Below are positions 28,778 to 42,821 of a DNA stretch of 64,000 nucleotides, piece by piece (the first letter of the stretch is position 1; every line of letters begins with the position of its first letter). The translations under genes and the position numbers were made by a program. The notes beneath the pieces were generated by a model, which searched no databases, was not told where the DNA came from, and saw only the letters and a program-made list of their open reading frames with translations. The DNA is from Dictyostelium discoideum (lineage: Eukaryota), in NCBI GenBank assembly GCA_000004695.1, contig CM000154.2, positions 2,752,001-2,816,000 on the forward strand, read 5' to 3'.

Positions 28778-29875
28778 TTAAAAATTATTGCAAATATTAG
28801 AGTTATCATTATCAATGTCCATTTCAGTATTTATGGGTTTTATTTGGAGATCTTTTTCTGTGGTGATTGTTGAAGTGGTTGCAGTAATAGTTGTTTCATT
28901 AATATTTCCGTTATAATTATTATTACCATTGTTATTTTCGCTATTTCTGCAATTAATATCATCACTACTAATATCATCATTACAAACCATCTTTGATTTT
29001 TTAAAAAGACTTTGACTAATTATATCATCGTCGTCCTCATTATCATCCCTATCATTATCATCACCTTGTTGACTAGGTATTGCTCTTTTTACATTAAATT
29101 TATTTTGTTGTTGTTGTTGTTGTTTTTGTTTTTGTTGTTGTTGTTGTTGTTGATGATTTATGATATTAGGACTAATTATTTTATTATCCATATTTGCAGC
29201 TATATTATTTTTATTATTATTATTATTACTATTATTATTATTATTATTATTAATATTATCGTTTTCATTGATATATTCTAGTAAAGCTTTCTTTATTGAA
29301 TTAAAAACGGAAAGAAGTTGATCTTCCAAGAAATTAATTTTTTCATTCATCTTCATCATTGTTTCATGCATTTTTGTAAGTTTATCATTTCCAAAGCTTA
29401 ATGGTACAATTTCATTTTTATCCTCAACAATAATATTATTATTTCCACCAACACCATAACTAAAAATAAAAAAAGAAATAAAAAAAACATTAGTTAACCT
29501 TTTATAAAAAAAAAAAAAAAAAAATCTTATAAAATACTTACTATGTTATTGAACCAATATCAATAACGAAATGATTTAAGATTTTGAATTTTTGTGATGT
29601 TTTGTTGAATTTCCTTCCTAATGGCGAATTACAATAACATTACAGATCCTCCAAGTTTTTTCATTACAAAGGTGTTTGTTAATGTCATATACATATCACA
29701 CTCGTGAGATTTATTAACGATTAATGTTGAATCACCAATTGGTGTTTTACAAGATAAGCAACTAAATATTAAAATAGAATTTATAACTTCTTCCAATGTA
29801 GGTATTTCATTAAACTGATGCTCTTCTATTTGTTGTTCATTACTATCTTGTTGTGCCTCTTGATGTTGATGACGA
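28778..29875 (-). pseudogene. 5'-truncated paralog of the Q/N/His-rich gene at 32742-34502. Its 3' exons (MHETMMKMNEKINFLEDQLL…) are intact, but the upstream part is deleted and fused to a lamin-derived fragment at ~29876.
   Basis: The region 28778-29470 is near-identical to 32742-33440. Upstream it still encodes …KSHECDMYMTLTNTFVMKKLGG, then loses ~150 bp relative to copy 2 and diverges at …GACGATG|CGAAATCCAAAGATGG…. Confidence 0.4.
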
Positions 29876-30338
29876 TGCGAAATCCAAAGATGGTCAAATT
29901 GCTTTACTTCAAATTGAAATCAATACCAAAGATAACAAATGTAATACTTTACAAACTGAAACCAATATATTATTGAAAGAGATCAAAACTTCAACATGAA
30001 TTCAATGCTGCTGCTAATCAAGATCAAAATGGTATGACCATTGAAGAACAATCCTCTACCTCTACTACTACCACCACTTGTGCCACTGGTTCATCATCAT
30101 CAACTTCACATTTGGATAATATTGACTCTAGTAAACTTCCAACTGGTCCAGAACAATCTGAATTATTTAATCCAGATACTATATCCTTCTCTTTATTTGA
30201 TTCAAATCAAGAGTTTATTAAACTATCAGTTCATGGTGATATGGTTCCAAATCTGGTTTCTCTTTCCCAGATGGTATTCAACCATTCAAAGGTATCAAAT
30301 CTGTCACCGTTTGGATAACCGGTCGTCCAAGACCTCAT
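29876..30338 (+). pseudogene. Fragment derived from the 3' exon of the lamin gene (matches 36836-37470 with two internal deletions). It is non-functional.
   Basis: The sequence CCAAAGATGGTCAAATTGCTTTACTTCAAATTGAAATCAATACCAAAGATAACAAATGTAATACTTTACAAACTGAAACCAATA… is identical to lamin exon 3. About 135 bp are then replaced by TATTATTGAAAGAGATC. The sequence continues through …MTIEEQSSTSTTTTT…SVHGDM, has a further ~55-bp deletion, and stops at …GGTCGTCCAAGACCTCA. Confidence 0.6.
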
Positions 30339-31055
30339 GTAATAATTCTATTCTTGCTCCTAATTTAATCAAATTTTTTATTTCTTTGTCATGATTTATT
30401 ATATTTTCTTCTGTGTCATTCTTTTCTATTTTTGTTTTTTCTAACTGTTGTTTTAACTCTGATTCTGTATATTCACTCATTGATAGTATCACTTTTTTTC
30501 AAAAATTATGAGAGAAATGAGGTGAAATCACAAATTTGTAATTTGTTAAATTAAAAAAATAAAATTAAATCTCAAAATAAAAAAAAAAATTTATGAAGCA
30601 GAGTGAGGAAATATTAAAATGGGTCAGGATCTTGGGTGTTTTTATATGGTAAAAAAAAAAAAAACCACTTTTTTTAATTTTAAAAAATTAATTTGTAAAT
30701 TGAAAAAATTCCTCACTCTTCGGGTTAATAAATAAAAAAAAAAATTAAAATTAATAAATAAAAAAAAATTAAAATTAATTTTAATTTGGCAAATTACAAA
30801 TTTAATTTTTCAATTTTTTTTTTTTTTTAAATCTTTTTTTTTTTTAAACCTTTTTTTTTTAAACCTTTTTTTTTTATTTTTTTTCATTTATTTTTTAAAT
30901 ATTTTTTTTTAATTATAAACTGTTGTAGAATTGGTTCAAGATTATTTAACACAAAAAATAAAATAATCCTTGCAACTTCATTTAATAAACCAATATTATT
31001 TCCAACTATAAATAATAATAATTTCATTTTTAATATTAAAAGAGATTATACAGTA

Positions 31056-31088
<33 letters not shown>

Positions 31089-31089
<1 letters not shown>

Positions 31090-31551
31090 TGTCAGAAAGT
31101 GTAGGGAATGTAAGTATATAAATCTACATTTTTAATAAATTTATATTTATTAATACCATATTCCTTTTCTTATTATTAAATATAAAAGATAAGAATTGAC
31201 CCAAGGGATACAATATTTGCAAAAATTATTTCTGGTGCAATCCCATCAAAAAAATTTTACGATGATGAATATTGTATTGCAATCGAAGATATTAACCCAC
31301 AAGCACCAGTACATCTTTTAGTTATTCCAAAACTTGCCGTTGGTGGTCTTAGTGATGTCGCCAATGTTGACCTTGAAAAATACAAAGAATCTATGGGTCA
31401 TATCATGTCAAAAATTCATCATATCGCTTCTCTTAAAGGTGCTGATTCTTACAGATTGGTCATTAATGAAGGTGTTTTAGGTCAACAATCTGTTAGATGG
31501 TTACATATTCATATCCTTGGTGGTAGACAAATGAATTGGCCACCAGGCTAA
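31089..31551 (+). CDS. HINT protein, copy 2 (tandem paralog). Exons are 31089-31109 and 31189-31551.
   Basis: It encodes MSESVGN|IRIDPRDTIFAKIISGAIPSKKFYDDEYCIAIEDINPQAPVHLLVIPK…HIHILGGRQMNWPPG. The donor is AAT|GTAAGT and the acceptor is TAAAAG|. The upstream sequence is co-linear with copy 1 but lacks the upstream ATG. Confidence 0.8.
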
Positions 31552-31652
31552 TTTCAATTAAAGAATTCTTCATTGTACCTATTTAAACCTTTTACTAATA
31601 ATAGTAAAGAAAATTCACCATTGGCACGTACATAATAAAAAAATATATCCTT

Positions 31653-31952
31653 TTAATGGATCACTAGCAACAATTTCACTTTGAGATAGGTTTTTTTTAA
31701 TTTTTTTAAAATAGTATTGTATGTTTGGCATCCAATAGTTTTTGCCTGCAAACCAAGTTTTTTTCCTTTATAATAAATAATAAAATCACAACCATTGATT
31801 GCTTCGAAGTGCTTGCACACTTTTTGTACCTTTGCTTCTATAAATCTTTGCAAAGCTAATGCTAAAAAATTGGTAATGCTTTCTTCTTTTGGAAAATCTA
31901 TTTCTAGTCCAGTTGATTTTAGTTTTCCTATATTTATTTTAAAATTTTCCAT
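31653..31952 (-). pseudogene. Degenerate copy of the 27634-28056 ORF, shortened by deletions at its 3' end
   Basis: It aligns with copy 1 but has internal deletions (…CATTGGCACGTACATAATAAAAAAATATATCC… versus the longer copy-1 sequence). Confidence 0.3.
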
Positions 31953-32155
31953 TCGATAGAAAAATTGTAAAACTGATGAAAGAAGGAAACATTTTTTTAA
32001 TTCATCGAGAGTAAACCTAGTATATATATAGTTTTAGATTTTTTTCTTTTTACTTTTTTTTTTTTTTAATATTAATAGTTGAGAAGTTACAGTTTTATTA
32101 TAAGTTTTTTTAATTTTTATAAAAAAAAAAACAAAAAATAAAATGGGTGGCCAGG

Positions 32156-32232
<77 letters not shown>

Positions 32233-32662
32233 AAAAAGAACAGACCCAAAAAAGTCAAAAAAAAATCAAAAAAAAACAGATCCCAAAAAAAAAAAACTTT
32301 TTGAAAAAGTCCGGTCAAATTTTTGTAATTACAAAATCATTTTGAAATCATATTTTAATTTTTTTTTTTTTTTTTTTTTTAAAAGCTCATTTTAATACAA
32401 ACAAAAAATAAATACTCAAAAAAAAATAAAAAAAAGTACATGTGTATATATTAATGATTCACAATTACAAATAATTTAAAATGGTTTAAATTAATAATTA
32501 TCCCATATTATCTATTTTTTAAAAAAGAAGATAATTGATAAAAAACTAAAAAACAATGGATAAATTATTATTTTATTAGATATTATCTATTTTTAATTTT
32601 TTTTTTTTTTTTTTTTTTTTAAAAGTATAGATAATTTTGAACACTATTTACAAGTTTATTTG

Positions 32663-32693
<31 letters not shown>

Positions 32694-32741
32694 CTTTTTT
32701 TTTTTTTTTTTTTTTGTTTGATTTTGATATTATTATTGTAT

Positions 32742-33086
32742 TTAAACATTATTGCAAATATTAGAGTTATCATTATCAATATCCATTTCAGTATTTGTGG
32801 GTTTTATTTGGAAATCTTTTTCTGTGATGATTGTTGAAGTGGTCGCAGTAATAGTTGTTGTTGTTGAATCAGTTATTTCATTAATATCTCCGTTATAATT
32901 ATTATTACCATTGTTATTTTCACTATTTCTACCATTAATATCATCACTACTAATATCGTCATTACAAACCATCTTTGATTTTTTAAAAGGGCTTTGACTA
33001 ATTATATCATTATCGTCCTCATTATCATCCCTATCATTATCATCACCTTGTTGACTAGGTATTGCTCTTTTTACATTAAATTTATT

Positions 33087-33133
<47 letters not shown>

Positions 33134-34037
33134 GCTGATTTATGATATTACTATTAGGACTAATTATTTTATTATCCATATTTGCGGCTATATTATTATT
33201 TTTATTATTATTATTATTACTATTATCATCGTTTTCATTAATATATTCTGGTAAAGCTTTCTTTATTGAATTAAAAACGGAAAGAAGTTGATCTTCCAAG
33301 AAATTAATTTTTTCATTCATCTTCATCATTGTTTCATGCATTTTTGTAAGTTTATCATTTCCAAAGCTTAATGGTACAATTTCATTTTTATCCTCAACAA
33401 TAATATTATTGTTTCCACCAACACTATAACTAAAAAAAGAAAAAGAAAAAACATTAGTTAACCTTTGTAAAAAAAAAAAAAAAAAAAAATCTTATAAAAT
33501 ACTTACTATGTTATTGAACCAATATCAACAACGAAATGATTATTTAAGATTTTGAATTTTTGTGATGTTTTGTTATATTTCCTTCCTAATGGCGAATTAC
33601 AATAACTACAATAAAATAGGGAATAAATACTTTTATAAAGAAAAAAAAAAAGAAAGAAAGAGTTAATATGAAAGATAATCAATTATCTTATTAAATAAGT
33701 ATTTATATAATTACCAATCAGTTTCACCTCTATAAGTTGATGGTTTTTGATCACCTAAAATTACAGATCCTCCAAGTTTTTTCATTACAAAGGTGTTTGT
33801 TAATGTCATATACATATCACACTCGTGAGATTTATTAACGATTAATGTTGAATCACCAATTGGTGTTTTACAAGATAAGCAACTAAATATTAAAATAGAA
33901 TTTATAACCTCTTCCAATGTAGGTATTTCATTAAATTGTTCCTCTATTTGTTGTTCATTATTATCTTGTTGCTCCTCTTGTTGTTGATGACGATGATGGT
34001 GGTGACGATGTGACTTTGATGATGATCGGTGTTCTTC

Positions 34038-34072
<35 letters not shown>

Positions 34073-34502
34073 GATGATGATGGTGATGATGTGACTTTGA
34101 TGCTGATCGGTGTTCTTTTTTTTTTTTTGAGCTTGAACTTGATGTTGTTGTTTGTTGCTTTTGTGGTTTTGGTGTTGTTGTTGTTGATGATGATGATGAT
34201 GATGATGATATTACTTGTGGTTGTTGTTGTTGTGGTTCTCGTTCTTGTATTGATTGTGATTCCTTGTTAATGTTTAAATTAATTGGTGAAGCTGGTGATT
34301 TTTGATTATATTGTTGAAGGAATAACTTTTTATATGATGGTGGGGGTGGTTTATATGGTGTAGTTTGTGAATTGGAATTAATGGAATCTCTAACTTCATC
34401 GTCACTATCATCTCTACTACTTTTCTTATTACTACTCTCAATAGGGTGTGAAGTTTTTTGTAAACTTTTATTTTTATCTGTTGATCCAACTTTTTTATTC
34501 AT
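32742..34502 (-). CDS. Q/N/His/Ser-rich low-complexity protein, the complete copy. It has about 3 exons, roughly 34502-33719, a short middle exon near 33590, and 33440-32742.
   Basis: ORFs 33711-34502 and 32742-33341 lie on the same strand. GTAATT…TTATTGTAG and GTAAGT…TTTTTTAG introns bridge them. The protein contains …CLSCKTPIGDSTLIVNKSHECDMYMTLTNTFVMKKLGG… with polyQ, polyH and polyN tracts. No family was recognised. Confidence 0.45.
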
Positions 34503-34978
34503 TTTTTTTTCTAAAAAAAGAAATAAAATAAAACCCTTTGTTATATTTAATTAAATTTAAAATTAAATATAATTTTTTAAAATTTAATTAAATTTAAAAT
34601 TAAAAAAAAAAAATGAAATGGGAAATAATTTTTTTTTTTGAAAATTGGAAAAAAAAAGAAAAAAAAAAAAAAATTGAACAAGCCAACCCGCGCTTTTTTC
34701 AAATAAATTTTTTTTTTTTTTTTTTATAAAAAAAAAGCCGAAATCTGGTAATTATAATTGATATCTAAATTTAAAATAGAAAATAAATAAAAAAAAGATA
34801 AAAATAAAAATAAAAAAAAAATAGAAAAAAAAAATTAAAAAAAAAAAAAAAATAAAAAAAAAAAAAAAAAAAAAGTAACAAATTCACCATATAAGTTCAC
34901 CTCGACAACTTCATACAATAAAAATTTCACAACAGTTTTTTTTTTTTTTTTTTTAAAAAAATTCAAATTTTTTTTTTA

Positions 34979-35018
<40 letters not shown>

Positions 35019-35283
35019 CCCAACGAATAAATAATTAAAGATATAAATATAATTTAATTATAATTTTGTTTTGTCATATATTTTATTTTTATTTTTTTTT
35101 TCCTAAAATATAAAAAAAAAAAAAAAAAATCTTTTTTTTTAAACTTCATAAAATTGTACTAAAATTATACAAAACAAAAATAACATTATTATTAAATAAT
35201 AACGCACGCACACAAACAAAATCCCACCTACAGCACAAATACCCTCCCACGTACCAATAATAAAAGCATAAATATAAATAAAA

Positions 35284-36587
35284 ATGGATATGTCAAAAAA
35301 GAAAAGTAAACGTGCATCTCCAATCGAATCAAGTCAAGAGGAGATTGCCATTTCAACAAGTAAAACAGCAACTACAGAAAAACCAAAGAAAACTAAAACC
35401 ACCACCAAAAAGAAGGCATCCCAACCATCACAAGAAGTTGTTATGGAAACTGAATCAGAAGTTGAAATTACAACTACCACCACATCCACATCCACAACCA
35501 ATAATAATAATATAACTACTACATCAACATCATCTCAACAAAGTAATGGTACATTATCATCATCGTCATCACCAACAATCCAATCAATACCAACAACACC
35601 AATTTCAAAATATATACCATCTCTTTCACAAATAGGTACACCATTATCACCAAATAGAGCAGCTCAACGTCTTAGAGAAAAGGATGAATTGAGTTTAATT
35701 CATAATAGATTGAAAAGTGCATTAAAGAAATTAGAGAGCGCAGAGACTGAATTAGAAAAGAAGAATCAAGAATATGAAGAACTCGACCAAAAACATACCG
35801 CCACAATCAAACAACTCAAACAACGTTCCGACCAAGTAGAGAAACAATTGATTGAAGAACAAAATCAAAACTCTGATCTCACCTCCAATCGTAACATTTT
35901 AGAGAATGAATTAAAGAGCAAAGAAAGTGTTTGGAAAAAAGAAAAGGATGAGATTTTATTGAAATTCCAAGAATCAATCAATAAACTCAATCAAGAGAAT
36001 TCATTAGCACAATCACAACTTAAATCTGAAATCGTCTCTAAGGAATATGAAATCGATGGCTTAAAATCTGAAATCAATCGTTTAAAGGATGATTTACAAT
36101 ATCGTATTCGTGAAGGTGAAGAAAAATCTAGAAAACTTTTGGAAAATGAATACAATAGATTTAAAGGTAAAGAAGAAGAATATAATCAATTAATTGTATC
36201 AAAAGATGAAGAAATTAAAAAATATAAATTTGAATTAAAAGAAAAAGTAATTATTAAAAAAAAAAAAAAAAATATATAATAATAATAGTTTTATTAATAA
36301 AATGTTTTTTTTTTTTATATATTATTATTTAATTATTTAAATAGGAAAAATCATCAAATGCAATGAATAAAAAAGAAAATGAATTAAATAATTTAATTCA
36401 AGCTCATGAAAGACAAATTGAAGATATGAGAGATAGTATTAATAGAGAATGGGAACTTAAAGCTGCTCAAATGATGGAAGAACATCATGCTAGAACTATT
36501 CACCTTCAACAAGCTGTTGATTCATTTAATGGTATGTTTTGATAAAATATAAAAAAATTAATTATTAATTATTAATTATTAATATAT

Positions 36588-36622
<35 letters not shown>

Positions 36623-37631
36623 AAAATTTTAACAGAGGAAAAAGAAAGAATTAAATCACAAATGGAAACATTAAATGGTCAAATTGAAGATATAAATATT
36701 AAAAATAATGAATATGAAGATAGAATTAAAGAGATGAATGTTTTACTTTCACAAAAGGATAATTCAATTGGTGAACTTGGTGTTGAAATTGAAGAATCAA
36801 AGAAGAAGATGAGAAAACAAATGGCTGATTTGAAATCCAAAGATGGTCAAATTGCTTTACTTCAAATTGAAATCAATACCAAAGATAACAAATGTAATAC
36901 TTTACAAACTGAAACCAATAGACTTAAATCTGAACTTTACTCTATTACCAATCAAATCGATCCAGAAATTCCACTTGATCCAGAGATTAACTCCCTCAAA
37001 GAATTGGTTAAAGGTTTTGAAAAGACCGTTGATGATCGTAAGAGAAAGAGATCAAAACTTCAACATGAATTCAATGCTGCTGCTAATCAAGATCAAAATG
37101 GTATGACCATTGAAGAACAATCCTCTACCTCTACTACTACCACCACTTCTGCCACTGGTTCTTCATCATCAACTTCACATTTGGATAATATTGACTCTAG
37201 TAAACTTCCAACTGGTCCAGAACAATCTGAATTATTTAATCCAGATACTGTATCCTTCTCTTTAGTTGATTCAAATCAAGAGTTTATTAAACTATCAGTT
37301 CATGGCGATATGGATAATGGTCTATCAATTAGTAAATGGAGATTAATTGTTGTCAAACCAGATGGTTCTAAATCTGGTTTCTCTTTCCCAGATGGTATTC
37401 AACCATTCAAAGGTATCAAATCTGTCACCGTTTGGACTGGTCGTCCAAGACCTCAAGGTACTCCAACTGAAAATGAATTCTATTGGGCTAGAACTGAATT
37501 ATGGACAAGTCCTGTCGAAGGTACCATTGTTAAATTAGTCTCACCAAGTGAAGAAACAACAACTGTCACTTTACCTGCTGATGGTATTTATCAAAAACCT
37601 TCTTCAGCTGGTAAATCAAATTGTTTGATTA

Positions 37632-37636
<5 letters not shown>
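35284..37636 (+). CDS. Nuclear lamin-like protein (NE81-type). Exons are 35284-36246, 36345-36531 and 36636-37636, giving ~716 aa.
   Basis: The N-terminal head carries an SP.R CDK site immediately before the rod start (LSPNRAAQRLREKDELSLIHNRLKSALKKLE). A long heptad coiled-coil rod follows. The C-terminal lamin-tail-like Ig domain is SISKWRLIVVKPDGSKSGFSFPDGIQPFKGIKSVTVWTGRP. The C-terminus ends in the CaaX box CLIM. Donors are AAA|GTAATT and AATG|GTATGT, and acceptors are AATAG| and AACAG|. The phases are consistent. Confidence 0.85.
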
Positions 37637-37671
<35 letters not shown>

Positions 37672-38891
37672 AATAAATAAATAATAATAAATAATAATAA
37701 TAATAATAAATAATAATAAGAAATAAATAATAATATAATAAAAACAATAATCCCAAAATGCTTAATTAAATAAATAAAACAATTAAAAAAAAAAAAATAA
37801 AAAAATAAAAAATAAAAATAATAATTTTATATCTCAATATAGCCAATATTCGACCTAAATAATTTATTTTTAAAATTTTATTTTTAAACATACTATTAAT
37901 TCAAAATATACCATACTTTAATTTATTATTGTAAATTATTTATTTTTTATTTTTTTTTTTTTTTTTCATTTTGCACATGGAATACACAACCTTTTTATTT
38001 TTTTATTTTTATTAATTTATTTATTTATTTATTTATTTTATTTATTTTTTTTTCCAATAAAACACTAACAAAATAGCAATGGCTTTAAATTATATTAATT
38101 AAACTCAAACCCCCCCACACAATTATTAAAGATATTTTTACAATCTATTTTTAACGTTTTTTTTTTTTTTTTTTTTTTCTATTATTATTTTTTTTTTTTT
38201 TTTTTTTTAAAAATTTCGAATTAAAAATACAGACCAGTATCAAAAAAAAAATAAAAAAAAAAAAAAGTGAAATAAAAAATAAAAATGTTTTTACAATAAT
38301 TAAATTGATTGGGCACGTATTTTGATATTTTTATTTTTATGATCTAACCAAGATTCTTATAAGAACCAATTTGATTTTTATTTTTTTTTCCATTTTTTTT
38401 TTAAATCCCAGCAAAAAAAATAAGCAACACGCACTTTAGCCCAATAATTTATTTTTTAAAAAAATTTAGCTAGCAAACAACAACAAAAAATTTAAAAAAA
38501 ATAAAAATAAAATTTAAATTCACCACCTAAAGATTTTTTTCTTTTTTTTTCTATTGCCACTTTATGAGAAATTCCTTTTGAAAACCCAAAAAACGAGTTT
38601 ATTTGCATTAAAAAGATCCGGTTTTTATTTTATTTTTTTTTTTTTTATTTTTTATTTTATTTTTTATTTTATTTTTTTTTTAAGACACTTTAACCTACTT
38701 TTTTTTTTTTTTTTTTATACTTTTTTTTTTTTTTTTTTATTTTTAAAAAACTCTCCATCCAACAAAACAACATAAATTTTATTTTATTTTATAATTTTTT
38801 TTTTTTTTTTTTTAATCTTGTACCATATCCTTTTTTTTCTTTTTAAATAAAAATAAAATAAAAATATAAAAAAAAAATAAAAAAATTAAAA

Positions 38892-39056
38892 ATGAACTAT
38901 TTAAAACCAACAATATTTTTAATATTGTGTTTGGTCACATTTGTATATTCACAACCATCAACTTTAACAATTCAAGGAACAATTTTTGATCAACATCCAG
39001 GTAAGTAATCAAACTATAAAAAAAAAAAAAAAAGTGGTTGGATAAAATAAAATAAA

Positions 39057-39105
<49 letters not shown>

Positions 39106-39516
39106 AATAAATAAATAAATAATCAAAAAAAAAAAAATAAAATAAAATAAAATAAAATAAAAATAAAATAATAAATATTAATATTTTTTTTTTAATTTTT
39201 AATTTTTTTTTATTTTAAGATTATAATAACAATTTCGAACCAAAGGGAGGATCCATTAAAAAAAATTTAGTCTTAAAAACTCTTGGAAGTAGCAAAGTAC
39301 CAACTCTTGTTTCTTTAGATCCAGAGGATGATACAAATGAAGATGGTAGAATGATTACACCAAGCTTGTTCCAATACTTTTATCAAACATCATCAAAACC
39401 ATTAACCAAAAATTCTGGTGCAAATGTCCCAATTCCAATTAACCTTGTCTTGAATTACGATTCCAAAAAACAAGTTTATGTTTACAATGATCAATATTTT
39501 TTCCCAAGTAAGTTTT

Positions 39517-39570
<54 letters not shown>

Positions 39571-39579
39571 AGATTACTA

Positions 39580-39611
<32 letters not shown>

Positions 39612-41454
39612 AAAAAAGTTGATTACCAAGGATTTGATGTTGATTCAAAATATAGAACTTATAATAATGGTTCAGGATATCATAATTTCCATTTTTGTTT
39701 AAAATTGAATACTAAATTCACCTATCAAGGTATTGAAGATTTTTACTTTATTGGTGATGATGATGTTTGGGTATTCATTAATAACAAATTGGTTGTCGAT
39801 TTAGGTGGTTTACATAGTAGAGAAACTGGTTCAGTTGATGTAACTAAACTTGGTTTAACTAAAGGTTCAACTTATGATTTTGATTTCTTTTATTGTGAAA
39901 GACATACAACCGCTTCAACAATTAGAATTGAAACAAATTTACAAGTATTTTGTCCAGTAAGTATTTATTTATTAATTTATTTTTATTAATAAAATTAAAA
40001 TTTACTAAATCATAATATTTTATTTATTTATTTATTTATAGTGGTATGATTATTGTGGTGTTTGCTCAGGTGATGGCTCAACTTGTTGTAATAAAGATAC
40101 TACTTGTAATGATGGCAAGAAATGTACAATCGATGCATGTCCACCACCAAAAACTGTTATAAATAAAGCTGGTAGTAAAATTACTGATGCTGATATTGCA
40201 CCATATTGTAGCCATACTGATGTTTCATGTCCAGACCCAGATCTTTGTAATAATAACAATTGTGATGCTTCAACTGGTAACTGTAAAACTACACCAATAA
40301 CCTGTTCTAATCAAGATAGTAAATGTTTATTAGCCCAAACTTGTGATCCAAAATCAGGTTGTATCTATAAGAGTAAATGTACTGGTGTTTGTGATACTGG
40401 TGTTTGCGATGGTGGCGATTGTGTTCAAAAGTCAAACAGCACCTGTGCCAATGAACTTGGTAATAATCCATGTATGGTTTATTCATGTGGTAAGAATGGT
40501 TGTGAAGCCAAGCCAAAATGTCCACAAAATCCAAGTACCCCATGTGATGTTGCCTATTGTGATGCTGGTGAATGTAAAGTCCAACATTTGAGTGCCTCTG
40601 AATGTAATTGTGGTTGTGATGCCTCTGATTTATGCTCCAAAAATAATTGTGTCAATAATGTATGTGTTCCACTCCCAATCGATGGAATAGATGATGGCAA
40701 TGCTTGCACTAAAGATACTTGTGTAAATGGTAATATTTTCCACACACCAATTAACAAATGTTCAGGTTGTATGACTTGTAATCCAGTTTCTGGTAATTGT
40801 GATTTATCCGACACCGTTTGCCAAGATGGTAATGAATGTACTACCAATGTTTGTGAATCAAGTGATAGTGTCCTTGGTGTATGTACAAACTCAACAGTTG
40901 AATGCGGTGCTACCAACACTGATAAATGTATCCAATTCTCTTGTAATGAAGCCACCGGTTGCCAACAATCAGCTGTCGTTTGTCCAGATGTTGGTAGTTG
41001 TTTAGTTGGTTATTGTGATAGTAAACAAGGTTGTCTCACCAAACCAAGATCTTGCGATACTGGTGTTTTCTGTTTAACTGGTGAATGTATTGAAAATGCT
41101 GGTGGTTGTATCGTCTATGAAAAACGTTGTGATGCTGATAATGGAAGATGTCAACAAGGTGTATGTGTAAATAATACCGCCACTGAAGAAGGTTATTGTA
41201 AATCTGAAGACTATGATCCATTACCATTCATTTGTAAAACTGGTGCTGTCGTTTCAACTGCTGTCATTGCTGGTGTCACTGTCGCTGGTGCTGTTGCACT
41301 TGGTGTTTTCATTTATGGTGGTAAAAGAGGTTATGACTATTGGAAAGAATCAAGAAATGTTCAATTCAGTGGTTCAAATTCTAATCCACTTTATGAACAA
41401 AATCCAAATGGTTCTGGTGTAAATCCATTATATAATGATAATTCTGCATTATAA
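38892..41454 (+). CDS. Type-I membrane protein (~715 aa) with a signal peptide, a PA14 domain, tandem Dictyostelium-type Cys-rich repeats, one TM helix and a cytoplasmic tail carrying two NPxY motifs. Exons are 38892-39000, 39220-39507, 39619-39956 and 40042-41454.
   Basis: The signal peptide is MNYLKPTIFLILCLVTFVYSQ. The PA14-like core is FHFCLKLNTKFTYQGIEDFYFIGDDDVWVFINNKLVVDLGGLHSRETG…YDFDFFYCERH. More than 15 C-x-x-x-C / CD..G.C repeats follow. The TM helix is GAVVSTAVIAGVTVAGAVALGVFIYGG. The tail reads KRGYDYWKESRNVQFSGSNSNPLYEQNPNGSGVNPLYNDNSAL. All three donors are GTAAGT, and the phases are 1, 1 and 0. Confidence 0.7.
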
Positions 41455-41498
41455 AATAAAATTATGTCTATATAAATCCTTATTTATTCGAAATGTAA

Positions 41499-41572
<74 letters not shown>

Positions 41573-41703
41573 TTTTTTTTTGTTCCAATTTCCCCAATTT
41601 AAATTTAACCCAAAATTTTTTTTTTTTTTTTTCAAAAAAAAAAAAAGTTTTTTAAAAACTTTTTTTTTTTAAAAAAAAAAAACCTAAAAAAAAAAAAATT
41701 TCC

Positions 41704-41753
<50 letters not shown>

Positions 41754-42000
41754 CTATCGCACCATCCCCCACTTTTTATTTTTTTTATTTTTTTTTTAAA
41801 TTGTGATTTTTTTTTTTTTTTTTTTTCTTTCCAATGTAAATTTTATTACCCTTTATCACTACCATTTTTTTTTTTTTGTATTTTTTTGTATTTTTTTTAT
41901 CTACAGTTTACATTTTTTTATTTTCTGCCCTTCAGGGTTTATTTTTATATTAGTTTTATTTTTATATTAGTTTTATTTTTAGTTTCCCAAATTTAATCGG

Positions 42001-42065
<65 letters not shown>

Positions 42066-42821
42066 AAAAAAAAAAAAAAAAAAATTTAAAAAAAAAAAAA
42101 AAAATTTTTTTACTCCTTCACCATAACCAGCCTTAAATTTCACCAGTTACAAGACGTTGATAACTTTTTTATTTTATTTTATTTTATTTTTAATTATTTT
42201 AATTATTTTTTTGTCTTATTTTCACACCTTTACAGAGTAAACTTTTTTATCGGTCTTTTTTTATATTTCACCACCCATACACACACCCAAACATTGTGAT
42301 TATCTATTTGTGGTATTTCACTTTTTTTTATTTTTTTTTTATTTTTTTTTATTTATTTTTATTTTTTATGAAAGTATTTGTGGTGGTTATAAACAACAAT
42401 AACAATTTGTAATTATTAACAACATAAACTATTATTATAATAATAATAAAAACAAAAAAAAAAAAAAAAAAAACAAAAAAAACAAAACACCAATTTGCTT
42501 TTTTTCTTTTTCTTTTTTTTTTTTTTTCTCACTTATATCTTTTTTATTTTTAAAAATTACTTTCAATTTCATTGGTTAAAATTTATATCAATACTCATAA
42601 TAATAATAATATAGTAACAATAATAATAATAATAATATAAAAAAAAAAAATTAATAATAATAGTTTTAAAAATAATATAATATACTAACAATTATAATAA
42701 TAAAAAAAATAAAAAATAAAATAAAATAAAATAAATAAATAGAATTAAAAAAAAAAGTTAAAAAAAAAAAAAAAAAAAAGACAAAAAAAAAGACAAAAAA
42801 AAAAAAAAAAAAAAAAAAAAA

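Noticed and set aside
33711-34502. A possible zinc-finger (C..C…H.C) in CLSCKTPIGDSTLIVNKSHECD of the Q/N-rich protein
   Set aside because: The spacing is not canonical for C2H2, THAP or other known fingers. It is treated as unassigned.
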